NCBI GenBank assembly: GCA_031271175.1
Contig: JAISWE010000099.1
Coordinates: 30,639-94,638 of the forward strand
Direction of reading: 5' to 3'
Length of the DNA stretch: 64,000 nucleotides
DNA from: Bacteroidales bacterium
Lineage (GTDB): Bacteria; Bacteroidota; Bacteroidia; Bacteroidales; UBA4181
In this document: positions 40,559 through 49,498 of the stretch, piece after piece
Position numbering within the stretch: position 1 is the stretch's first letter
Layout: each line of letters begins with the position of its first letter
Notes under the pieces: generated by a model
Seen by the model: only the letters and a program-made list of their open reading frames with translations
Told to the model about the DNA's origin: nothing
Databases searched by the model: none
Position numbers and translations under genes: made by a program

Positions 40559-40852
40559 AAAACTCTAATTTTCACTAACAAAAGCACATTCACTTATTCA
40601 TTGGTTGATGCGTGCTGAAACGATTTTTCAACGGCAAAAATAAATACTGTTTTTTTATTTTGCAATAAAAAATTCATAAAAATTATTAAATTTTGATAAT
40701 TATTTTATAATTATTTGAAACTCAGTATATATATTGTATTAAATTTTTTGCTTGAATGGATGAGATGAGTGAAATTTTGCAGTTAAAAAAGACGGGGCAA
40801 CAGAAAGTCATTGGGAGTTCCGACAGATTTTATTTATTATCATGTTAATACA
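40461..40852 (-). repeat. repeat module R, copy 1 (AT-rich promoter-like region, leader, ATG and ~32 codons)
   Basis: About 390 bp align by eye at roughly 85-90% identity with 51198-51582 in the same orientation. The module includes the sulfatase start codon at 40556-40558. Confidence 0.85.
40635..40642 (-). promoter_or_regulatory. candidate -7 box (TAnnTTTG, minus strand) inside R copy 1
   Basis: Plus-strand caaaaata is TATTTTTG on the minus strand, about 77 nt upstream of the sulfatase ATG. R copy 2 has TATCTTTG at the equivalent position. Confidence 0.35.
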
Positions 40853-40929
40853 TAATGATATTACCATCTTAAAAATCGATTTTTCGCCATGGCGGGAGAA
40901 AACTTCATATCCAATTGCAGGCAATATCC

Positions 40930-41585
40930 TCATTTCGTGTTCAACAGGCGTTTCAATGCTGCAATTTGTTTGGCCTGTGCTTCAAGCACTCTGTCTTTTT
41001 CTTCAAGCGCTTTCTCTTGTCCTTCGATAATACGCTTCTGCTTCCTTTTCTATCTCCTCGCGCTCCTTCGGGTCGGCTACCATCTCATTCAGCACGGAGG
41101 CGATAAAACGGATGTCTTCATCATCCGACCTGTAGATGTACTGTTTGCTCACTTCCGAATCTTCCTCAATGAAATGAGCCTGCTCAAAAAGACTCAGCAG
41201 TTCGTTCAGCTTTGTACCGTAACGCCCGGTGGCAATCCTGCCTGCCTGAATAACATAGCTGTCATGGGTGAGCTTCTCCACAAACGGAGACTTTGATGCA
41301 ATCGAACCTTTGTTTATCATGTCCCGATAATGCCGCTCCACCTTAATGCAGGGGCTTTCTATGCCGGCAAGCCTGCCGCCCAAAATATAAATCGTCGTTA
41401 TGGGGAAGCACAATGTCCTCGCCGTTGATCCTGTCCACTCTCCGGTACTGCTCGGCAAGGTAGTTGCGAAACCGTTTCACGTCCGTTTCATCCCACGATT
41501 TCTGCACTTCTATCAAAATCTTTTTCCACTCGCCAGCTTTCGTTTCAATAGTAGCCATAAAGTCGATCCGAAATATGGAATAGCC
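40930..41585 (-). pseudogene. decayed PD-(D/E)XK nuclease family transposase (PDDEXK_2 / Rpn-like): 5'-truncated with at least 2 frameshifts
   Basis: Three frames together read YSIFRIDFMATIETKAGEWKKILIEVQKS...FRNYLAEQYRRVDRINGEDIVLP | ITTIYILGGRLAGIESPCIKVERHYRDMIN...FVEKLTHDSYVIQ...LLSLFEQ | KRIIEGQEKALEEKDRVLEAQAKQIAALKRLLNTK*. One frameshift is at a G4/C4 run (41402-41405). The N-terminal ~80-100 aa are absent. Confidence 0.75.
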
Positions 41586-41588
41586 GAT

Positions 41589-41782
41589 CTTCGGCTGCCA
41601 AACGGTCGATATTCGGCGTTTTGATGATTTCCTGTCCGTAAACAGCCCAAGTCTCCATAACCCAAATCATCCGCCATAATGAAGATGATGTTGGGACTTT
41701 CAGCATGGTTGGGCTGGCACGCTCTGGCTGCCACGGGACAGATACCGGCAAACAAAACCGGCGATATTTTAAAACTTTTCAT
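41589..41782 (-). pseudogene. orphan 5' fragment of a sulfatase gene (duplicate of 40305-40455), frameshifted and truncated
   Basis: MKSFKISPVLFAGICPVAARACQPNHAESPNIIFIMADDLGYGDLGC, then out of frame. 152 bp match the intact sulfatase with 3 substitutions and a 1-nt insertion. Its ATG overlaps the GH43 stop (ATGA at 41779-41782). Confidence 0.8.
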
Positions 41783-43287
41783 TGATTAAAAATTGGTGCT
41801 TCTGCTTGTGATGAAGGAGTATTACCTGTGATGGAAGGCCAGCCGTCGGATGACCAGATGATTTTATCCAGCATCAACCGTCTTTCGTTCGGAGCAACTA
41901 CTATGTCGTACGCATGATACAGTATCCAGTCGTTACCGGCGTCGTCGGTCACTATTTCGGCGTTATGCCCCGGCCCGGCAAACGCACTGTTACCCTGAAT
42001 GACAATTACGTATGCGTTATCTAACATACGGTTGCCGTTTTTGACTTCATAGGGGCCGAAAAGATTCGTCGATCGTCCGACGACCGTTCTATAATTGCTG
42101 CTGGCGTTGTTACAACACGACCCCCATGAGCAAAACAGATAATAGTAATTACCGCGGCGGTAAATGTAGGACGCCTCAAAAGCAGTTCCTGCAATTTGTA
42201 CCGGCATGTCCGCACCCTCCTTTATCGACAGGCCGTCATCCGCAAGTTCAACGATATAGATGCCTCGAAAACTGCCGAATGTCATGTACTTTTTGCCGCC
42301 GTCTTCGATATAGAACGGGTCAATGCAATGTTTTACATTGATTCGCGGGTCGTTGCCGACAATCAGGCAGCCTTGATCCGTGAAGGGGCCTTCCGGCGTG
42401 GGGGCAGTAACGGCAAGGATGCTGCTTTGCCATTCAAGATCGCCTTCCCCTACATTTCTGCAACAATAAAGCACATACTGCCCGTTGATGTAGTTGATGT
42501 CGGGCGCCCAGAGAGACCCGCTCGCACATGCGGGGCGCGTACTGTTGGTAAAAACGGTTCCCCGCTGTTCCCAGTTCACCAGATTGCGGGACCGCATAAT
42601 GGGAATATGGGGGATCGCTTCCGTGGCATAGAGGTAAAACCAGCCGTCATCGGTTCTTATCACGGTAGGGTCGGGCAGCCGTTGCGTTGTTACCGGATTC
42701 TGATAGGTATTGGATACCGTTACCGGCACGCTTTTGCTGGTTCCGTTGCCGGTACGTCCACTGACCGTAATATGTGCGCTGCCTGTCTGCAATCCTTTTA
42801 CCCGTCCGTTGACAACGGACGCCACGGCGGCGTTGTCCGTTGCCCAGAGGAAAGGTTTCTCCGCCATACCTGCGTTCGCCGGCGACGAGGTGGCGTGTAA
42901 CAGGGCGCTGTCGCCAACCAGTAAGTTGAGCCTGTCCGGCGTAACGTTAATGGTCAATGGGGTAACGGATATTTTTGCCGACGCTTCAATATCTCCGCTT
43001 TTTATTTGAACGGAAGTAGCGCCGTTGTCGATAGCAGTTACCAGACCGTCGTCCGTTACGGTAGCAATGCTCGTATGAACGACCGACCATGTGAAATGGA
43101 CATTGTCCGCATCGGCAGGAACAGGATTTGCTGTTAGCCGAACGGTATCTCCCGGAACGAGTAACGCCGAGGCGGGAGATACGGTGATCGACTCCAACAG
43201 CGCTCTGCTCGACGATTCGTTCTTGCAAGCCGGGAAAATACAGCTTGCAAGTAACACAGCGCTGATGATTTGATGGATGGTTTTCAT
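41779..43287 (-). CDS. Big_2 domains plus glycoside hydrolase family 43 lipoprotein
   Basis: Lipobox IFPACKNE. Two Big_2-like repeats. YQNPVTTQRLPDPTVIRTDDGWFYLYATE, WAPDINYINGQYVLY and FEASYIY..YYYLF are GH43 five-bladed propeller motifs. Confidence 0.85.
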   Translation of the reverse strand: MKTIHQIISAVLLASCIFPACKNESSSRALLESITVSPASALLVPGDTVRLTANPVPADADNVHFTWSVVHTSIATVTDDGLVTAIDNGATSVQIKSGDIEASAKISVTPLTINVTPDRLNLLVGDSALLHATSSPANAGMAEKPFLWATDNAAVASVVNGRVKGLQTGSAHITVSGRTGNGTSKSVPVTVSNTYQNPVTTQRLPDPTVIRTDDGWFYLYATEAIPHIPIMRSRNLVNWEQRGTVFTNSTRPACASGSLWAPDINYINGQYVLYCCRNVGEGDLEWQSSILAVTAPTPEGPFTDQGCLIVGNDPRINVKHCIDPFYIEDGGKKYMTFGSFRGIYIVELADDGLSIKEGADMPVQIAGTAFEASYIYRRGNYYYLFCSWGSCCNNASSNYRTVVGRSTNLFGPYEVKNGNRMLDNAYVIVIQGNSAFAGPGHNAEIVTDDAGNDWILYHAYDIVVAPNERRLMLDKIIWSSDGWPSITGNTPSSQAEAPIFNQ

Positions 43288-43304
43288 AATTACTTCTTAA
43301 GCGC

Positions 43305-44297
43305 TCAATTTTCCAGCCTTTTCAATGTTTCCTGTACGGTGATCCAATTGTCGTATGTGCTGGGCGGCGTTTTCAATGTCCGGTAACGATAGCGCAGATA
43401 GAAATATTTGGTGACGGTTTCGTCCACCATGTTATTTCGCGCCTCTTCGTAGGTATTCCATTGATCGCCGTTGATTTGCTCCACCTGAATGGTGCCGCAC
43501 GGAGCGATGCTTACCGAATCGTTTTCGTCCACCGTCAGCACAATGCCGTATTTGTCTAATTCATCCGTCGAAGGTCTGGCAAGCACGGGGTCTATCCCGA
43601 AATCCGCTTTAACGGGCCCCATCCCGGCAAAGATGCGTACCGCATTTTTACTGATCGGGCGCGCCAGCTTGGTGCCTGAGATGGCGCCGCCGACGACTGC
43701 TTCCATTGCTGCGTCCAGCGTATTGCCTCTCATGGAGTAATAAGTGGTCGTTTTCAGTTCGGCAAACCGGTTTTCCAGCAACACCCGGAAAAGCATGTTG
43801 TACTTTTCCGGATTGACCTCATATCTGGACACATTTTTAATGGCCAGCGGAATGAAATAGGTAGAATCGGGCGACAGCCCGTCCAGATAGATGATGACAG
43901 GCACTTTTACATACTGGTCTTTGTTGTTGGCAGGTATCACTACCCGCATCGGGTCAATGCGATACCGGCTTTCGGGCAGCAGAAGCGCAAATTTGGAAGT
44001 GTCGATATCGAAGTTGGCGCGGTTGTAGGTACTCATCAGCACCGTATCGGCTTCCAGTTCAACGGTGGTTTCTTCCGGATTGGCCAGCGATCCGCCGCAT
44101 CCTACCGAAAAATAACCTTCTACCTCGTTCCCGTCGTCAAAGGGATAGACGTCGGAATACACGTTGTAGTCTTCCTTGCTGAGCAAGTAAACCACGTATT
44201 TATAGTACTCCTTGGAGGAAAAATCTTCCTCCTTGCAGGATGCGAACACTATCGCTATCACACCCGTCATGATCGTATTTAAGATATATCTTTTCAT
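43305..44297 (-). CDS. DUF4973/DUF4361-like PUL accessory lipoprotein
   Basis: Lipobox IVFASCKEEDF. YYKYVVYLLSKEDYNVY...LLPESRYRI pattern. Sits directly downstream of a SusD gene. Confidence 0.65.
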   Translation of the reverse strand: MKRYILNTIMTGVIAIVFASCKEEDFSSKEYYKYVVYLLSKEDYNVYSDVYPFDDGNEVEGYFSVGCGGSLANPEETTVELEADTVLMSTYNRANFDIDTSKFALLLPESRYRIDPMRVVIPANNKDQYVKVPVIIYLDGLSPDSTYFIPLAIKNVSRYEVNPEKYNMLFRVLLENRFAELKTTTYYSMRGNTLDAAMEAVVGGAISGTKLARPISKNAVRIFAGMGPVKADFGIDPVLARPSTDELDKYGIVLTVDENDSVSIAPCGTIQVEQINGDQWNTYEEARNNMVDETVTKYFYLRYRYRTLKTPPSTYDNWITVQETLKRLEN

Positions 44298-44332
44298 TTT
44301 ATTCTTTTGTTATATTATTTAGATGAAAGTTA

Positions 44333-46348
44333 TTAATTTTCCCAGCCCGGGTTTTGGTCAAGCGTAGGCGCCTTGCGCAGTTCCGAAAGCATAATGGGCA
44401 TAAAAACGAATTTGCGGTTGACCACCCTTCTGCGCGCTTTGGAATGGTTCAGCGGAACGCGCGTGTAATAGGAGTCGCCCGACATCTCGGTATCCATGCC
44501 CATCATCAGTTCGTTTTCGCTATCTACATATTTACCCCAGCGGCGAACGTCGAAAAAGCGCCGGTTTTCACACATAAATTCCAACATGCGTTCGCGTTCT
44601 ATCAGCGCCTGCATGGTCGATGCGGAATTAAGCTCTTCGGGGGTCAACCCCGGCAGCCCCGCCCGGTAGCGCACCATGTCGAAGTACTTTTTCATTTCGG
44701 CGACATCCCGCGTGAAGGTGTGTTCGTTTCCATCCACATCCGTCAGGGTATATGGATTTTCCAGGTTGTTCAGCGCTTCCACGTACGAAAGCAGTATCTC
44801 CGCATAGCGGATAATCGGGAAAGGCTTGTCCAGCACACTTGTTCCCGCCGCTGTTCCCACCCCTGCCCATGCGTCTTCGGGATGGATATATTTGCGCAGG
44901 ATATAACCGGTAATCGGATAAGAGTTAACATCGTCGGTAACGCCGGCTTTTCCTCCCAGTCCGCTGTAATCGTAAAACATCTGCTTATCCCTGTAGGCGG
45001 CATCGGTGGCAGAAGAGGCCGTCCACCATGTTCCGCTGAAAGCGACGCTGGCATAGAAACGCATTTCGCGATTGATGTACATATTGTGGACATTCGGCCC
45101 CAGTTGATAGCCGGAAAAATTGCGGTTGCCGGAAAGGTATCCCGTTTCGTCGTATTCGCCGGCAGTTTTGGCTTCTTCTATGGTCTTGCCGTTTTCCATA
45201 TAATAAGCATCTACTATTTTCTGAGTGACGCACAGGTTGTTGTAGCCGCGGAAATAGGTGACGGGAAAGGAACGCTGGGTAAAATTTTTGACCGACGCGG
45301 AGTTGCACGCCCATAGGAATTCGGGATTACGGGAAGCCACCGTTTCACCGTTGAACATTTCTTGATAGGAACGATAAGCGTCGATATTTCCGGCCCCGTT
45401 GGGAAAGTTGTCATTTGGTACGTTCGACGGGAGCGTCCGCGTATCTGAGGTCCGGTCAACGGTATGCAGGCTGTAAATTCCCCATTCGATGATCCGTTTG
45501 GCTGCTTGCGCCGCCAGCGCCCAGCGCCGTTCGTCGTATTCCTGCCGGATGTAGTGTACGTTGTCCGACGATCGGACGAACTCGCCGAAGTAGATGCGCG
45601 CCGCATTCCCTTCCTTTCCGCCGCCGTTGAACAGCGGGCTGGCATGTTGCAGGCGCAGGCGGGCAATCAGGCCCAGCGCCGCTCCGCGGGTAGGCCTGCC
45701 GAAAAAGTTGACGGCCACTTCGGAAGGCAGATAATCCGCCGCTTTCTCCAAATCTGCGCAAATCGCATCTATACACTCATCGTAGGTGTTGCGGTAACGG
45801 GCGTAATATTCCGTTTCTTCGTTATTTTCCAGCACCTCGTCACCCAAAAGCACCACAGGACCGTAGAGGTTCAACAGGTTGTAATAGGCATAAGCCCTGA
45901 GAAAATAAGTGTATCCCATGATTTCCCTTCTGTCGATGGAAGTCAGGTCTGTCGCTTCATTCATGCGGGCAAAGATGGTATTGGCTTTGCGGATCACGCG
46001 GTACATCTTGTCGTAGATATTGATGCCGTGTGCATCGCTGGCCGTTACTTCGCCCAGCACCAAGTTCAATCCGTTGTAGGCGCCGCCCAGCGAAAAGGCC
46101 TCGTCGGTAGCCATGATGCCGGGGGTATACACCGTATTGCCAAAGATCTGTCCTTCGTCGTCGAAAGCGTCGGCGGCGCCGAAGAGATATTTTTGCAGGT
46201 TCAACTTGTTATGAAAAATGGAATCGTATTGGAGCGTTTCATTGAAATAATCGTCCACATCCAGGAAATTGCAGGAGTGAAACGCGAGAAACAGCAGCAA
46301 GGCGACGGTTCCGGCGCCGGTCGTAATATATTCATTTATCTTTTTCAT
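44333..46348 (-). CDS. SusD/RagB family lipoprotein (pair 4)
   Basis: Lipobox LAFHSCNFLDVDDY. FDVRRW...FMPIMLSELRKAPTLDQNPGW. Confidence 0.9.
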   Translation of the reverse strand: MKKINEYITTGAGTVALLLFLAFHSCNFLDVDDYFNETLQYDSIFHNKLNLQKYLFGAADAFDDEGQIFGNTVYTPGIMATDEAFSLGGAYNGLNLVLGEVTASDAHGINIYDKMYRVIRKANTIFARMNEATDLTSIDRREIMGYTYFLRAYAYYNLLNLYGPVVLLGDEVLENNEETEYYARYRNTYDECIDAICADLEKAADYLPSEVAVNFFGRPTRGAALGLIARLRLQHASPLFNGGGKEGNAARIYFGEFVRSSDNVHYIRQEYDERRWALAAQAAKRIIEWGIYSLHTVDRTSDTRTLPSNVPNDNFPNGAGNIDAYRSYQEMFNGETVASRNPEFLWACNSASVKNFTQRSFPVTYFRGYNNLCVTQKIVDAYYMENGKTIEEAKTAGEYDETGYLSGNRNFSGYQLGPNVHNMYINREMRFYASVAFSGTWWTASSATDAAYRDKQMFYDYSGLGGKAGVTDDVNSYPITGYILRKYIHPEDAWAGVGTAAGTSVLDKPFPIIRYAEILLSYVEALNNLENPYTLTDVDGNEHTFTRDVAEMKKYFDMVRYRAGLPGLTPEELNSASTMQALIERERMLEFMCENRRFFDVRRWGKYVDSENELMMGMDTEMSGDSYYTRVPLNHSKARRRVVNRKFVFMPIMLSELRKAPTLDQNPGWEN

Positions 46349-46373
46349 GTTTACGTTATTTTTAAGATGTTTG

Positions 46374-49300
46374 TTAAAAATGCAAATAAATCTGGAAAGT
46401 CACGCGCAGGGGGATGGGATAGGAACGGCCGTTGTACTGCGCCTGTTCCGGATCGTAGATACCGATACTGTCCCACACATAGAGATTGTTGCCCACCAGT
46501 TGAAAATCCAGCGAAGTGACGCCCACCTTTCGGAAAAAATCCGGTTTCCATTTATAGTTGACGGATATTTCCTGCAGGCGCAGGAATTTTTTGTTTCCCT
46601 GCCAGAAATCGGATAATTGCGCATTGTTGGCATTATTGCCGTAGGTGAGGCGCGGGAAACGGGCGTTGGGATTTTCGGTGGCTTTGTCTCCCGACCAGGA
46701 CTCCGGCGTCCACCGGTTCGCCTGTTCGGCAACAAGGCTTTGCACGTTCCCCAGTTCTCCGTTATGGAAAGGCACGTAGCCCATGCCATTGGTGTAAGTA
46801 ACACTAAATTGAGTAACGCTTTGTCCTACATAGTAAAAATTATTGTCTCCCGTGCCTTTGAACAGGAATCCTACCGTAAGGTTTTTCCACTGGTATTCGC
46901 CGCCAAACCCGTACATCAGCCGCGGATAGGTAGGATAGGAAAGGACTACGCGATCGTCGGTATTGATTTGTCCGTCGCCGTTTACATCCTTGTATTTGAT
47001 GTCGCCCGGCAACACTTCGGAGGTAAACGTTTGTTGAGGACTGCTTTCCACATCCTGTTCGTCTCGGAACAATCCCATCGAGCGATAGCCCCTGATCGCA
47101 TTGAGGGGATAGCCGTTCCGGTTTTGGTAGTCGTATTTCTGGGCTGCCTGTTCGTAATTTTCCACCTTGTTGGTAGAGTAGGTATAATTGGCGCGGAGGG
47201 TAAATTGCATGTCCTTGCTGACGGGATAGGTATAGGAGATATTTCCGTCCGACCCGTAACTTTTCATTTTGCCCACATTGCCGTAGGGCATCGCGACAAG
47301 TCCCACGTATCCGGGAATAGTGGCGCGTTGCTGGAAAATGCCGTTGCGGCGGTCTATGAAGAAATCCACGGTCAGGCTCAGGTTATCTTTCAGGAAACGA
47401 CTGTCCAGCCCGATATTGGATTTGACGGCGCTTTCCCACACCAGATTGTCCGCCCCTATGCTGTTTTCGGTAATGCCGCCTTCGGTATATCTCCACCCTG
47501 CGGAAGAACTGGCGTTCACGATGGTCAGATAGGGGAAACGGGTGCTGGATATTTTGTCGTTACCGACGGTTCCGTATGATCCGCGTATTTTGAAGAAAGT
47601 GACCCACGGGAGCGTCGTTTTCACCCATTCGTACTGCGACGGCACCCATCCCATTGCTATGGAAGGGAAGAATCCGAAACGTTCTCCTTCCCGGAAATTT
47701 TCCGAACCGGTGTAGCCGAAGTTGAAATCCAGCAAATAGGTATCCTGATATCCGTAGGTCAGCCGGCCGGACAGTCCCTGGTAGCGTTTCGGAATGGCTT
47801 TCATGCTCATGCCGATGCCGCCCGAAGAGATGTCGTTGGTATCTTTCGAATCGCTCATGTAATAATAGGCCAGGAAAGAGAAACGGTGCTTTTCGGCAAA
47901 CACCTTGTCGTAATTCAACGTCGATTCGAGGTGATATTTGCGGAATTGCCGCTGTGAAAAGCTATAACCGGCCGGCGTAGCGCTAACTCTTTTAACTATT
48001 TGCAGTTCTCCGTCCACTCCTCTGGTAGAGGCATAATACAGGTCGGGCAATACATACCGGCGTTCGGAAAAATAGCTCTTCGTATCAAAAGCGCCCTGTA
48101 TCCGTATTTTCAATCCCTTGAGCAGCATCGACAGGTCCTGGTTCAAGTTGATGGTGGTTTTGAAGGTATTGGTATTCTCCGATGCGCTCCCAGTGTAGTT
48201 CATCAGCACGTAGGGGGAAATATTGTCGTTGCCTGTCCCGTAGGTGGGGATTTGTCCTGTGGAATATTTCAGCGGCACCTGCATGGGATTCATGGACGAC
48301 AGGGAGAACCATAGATAGTCGGTATTGAGGATGCCCGGCTGGGTTTTGCGCGTCAGGTAGCCGTCGGTGCTGAAGAAGATTTTGGTGGTTTCCGTCAGCT
48401 TGATGTCTAAGTTGGTGCGGTACGAATAGGTATTGTAACCTGTTTTGGCATTAAATTCGCTGTTGGGGTCCACCTTGTAGGCGGCGCTTTCGTCGGACAG
48501 TCCCAGGCTCAGGAAGTATTTCGCCACGCTTCCGCCTCCCTGCCCGCTCAGGTAATAGGTCTGTTGCAGGCTGACGGGCTGGATGATTTCCTTTTGCCAG
48601 TCCACATCCGGGAAGAGGTCTTTGTCTAATCCGTAACGGATCACGTCCATTTGCCCCTCCGAATACCTGGGCTGGTCGCCCCTGACGACCAGCGCTTCGT
48701 TGACCAGCGAGGCATACTGGTAAGCATTGACATATTCGGGCATTCGTTGCAGTTGGGCAAGGGTATAGTTGGCGCGGGCAGAGAGTTTCAATTTGCCTTC
48801 TTCGCCGCGTTTGGTGGTGACCAATACGACACCGTTGGCGCCTCTCACGCCATACACCGCTGTGGCGGAAGCGTCCTTCAGAATGGAAAAGCTTTCGATG
48901 TCGGCGGGGTCGATGGAATTAAGATCGCCTTCCAGCCCGTCAATCAGCACCAGCGCCGAGGCGTTGGCGCCAAAGGTGCCGATGCCCCTGATCCAGAATT
49001 CGGAAATGTTCTTGCCCGGTTCGCCGCTGGTCTGCATGGTGATCACTCCCGCCATGCGGCCTCCGAGAATGTTGGCCATGGAGGTGGCCGGCACTTGCAG
49101 TTCCTTCGTATCAATGGTGGTCACGGCGCCTACCGCAGTGATTTTGCGGCGGGCGGTTCCCAGCGCTTCTACTACTACTTCTTCCATCTGGGTGGCGGAT
49201 ACTTTCAACCTGATTTTCAGATCCGTTTCATTTTTCGATACGGGATATTGCAGGTTTTCATAACCGACAAAGGAGAAGACGATGATGTCGTTTTCGGCTG

Positions 49301-49493
49301 CCCTGATGGAAAAGACGCCATTGATGTCGGTGGACGTCCCCAAGCCTGTCCTGTCTTTCAAATAAACGGTAACGCCCGGCATGGTTTCGTCGTTCTCGTC
49401 ATAGACGACGCCGGACACGGTAAGGTTGCGCTGCGCGACAATCGGCGCTGCGAAAACCATTAACAATATAATGGTATGGAATAATTTTTTCAT
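46374..49493 (-). CDS. SusC/RagA family TonB-linked outer-membrane transporter (pair 4)
   Basis: I chose the start at MKKLFHTIILLMVFAAPIVAQ. Carboxypeptidase-like domain (VSGVVYDENDETMPGVTVYLKD), plug and barrel ending in VTFQIYLHF. It starts 5 nt after the upstream stop. Confidence 0.92.
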   Translation of the reverse strand: MKKLFHTIILLMVFAAPIVAQRNLTVSGVVYDENDETMPGVTVYLKDRTGLGTSTDINGVFSIRAAENDIIVFSFVGYENLQYPVSKNETDLKIRLKVSATQMEEVVVEALGTARRKITAVGAVTTIDTKELQVPATSMANILGGRMAGVITMQTSGEPGKNISEFWIRGIGTFGANASALVLIDGLEGDLNSIDPADIESFSILKDASATAVYGVRGANGVVLVTTKRGEEGKLKLSARANYTLAQLQRMPEYVNAYQYASLVNEALVVRGDQPRYSEGQMDVIRYGLDKDLFPDVDWQKEIIQPVSLQQTYYLSGQGGGSVAKYFLSLGLSDESAAYKVDPNSEFNAKTGYNTYSYRTNLDIKLTETTKIFFSTDGYLTRKTQPGILNTDYLWFSLSSMNPMQVPLKYSTGQIPTYGTGNDNISPYVLMNYTGSASENTNTFKTTINLNQDLSMLLKGLKIRIQGAFDTKSYFSERRYVLPDLYYASTRGVDGELQIVKRVSATPAGYSFSQRQFRKYHLESTLNYDKVFAEKHRFSFLAYYYMSDSKDTNDISSGGIGMSMKAIPKRYQGLSGRLTYGYQDTYLLDFNFGYTGSENFREGERFGFFPSIAMGWVPSQYEWVKTTLPWVTFFKIRGSYGTVGNDKISSTRFPYLTIVNASSSAGWRYTEGGITENSIGADNLVWESAVKSNIGLDSRFLKDNLSLTVDFFIDRRNGIFQQRATIPGYVGLVAMPYGNVGKMKSYGSDGNISYTYPVSKDMQFTLRANYTYSTNKVENYEQAAQKYDYQNRNGYPLNAIRGYRSMGLFRDEQDVESSPQQTFTSEVLPGDIKYKDVNGDGQINTDDRVVLSYPTYPRLMYGFGGEYQWKNLTVGFLFKGTGDNNFYYVGQSVTQFSVTYTNGMGYVPFHNGELGNVQSLVAEQANRWTPESWSGDKATENPNARFPRLTYGNNANNAQLSDFWQGNKKFLRLQEISVNYKWKPDFFRKVGVTSLDFQLVGNNLYVWDSIGIYDPEQAQYNGRSYPIPLRVTFQIYLHF

Positions 49494-49498
49494 TGGGA

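Noticed and set aside
40559-40852. Invertible (phase-variable) promoter flanked by inverted repeats
   Set aside because: I scanned both R copies for flanking inverted repeats typical of Bacteroidales invertons and saw none, and no site-specific recombinase gene is nearby.
40842-41296. Plus-strand ORFs (62-135 aa) in the sulfatase/GH43 intergenic region
   Set aside because: They are antisense to the recognisable, though decayed, PD-(D/E)XK transposase reading frames and have no motifs.
41513-41782. 89-aa ORF as a functional small protein
   Set aside because: Its first 47 aa are a sulfatase N-terminus. A 1-nt insertion relative to the intact copy then shifts the frame into transposase-derived sequence, so I call it a pseudogene fragment.
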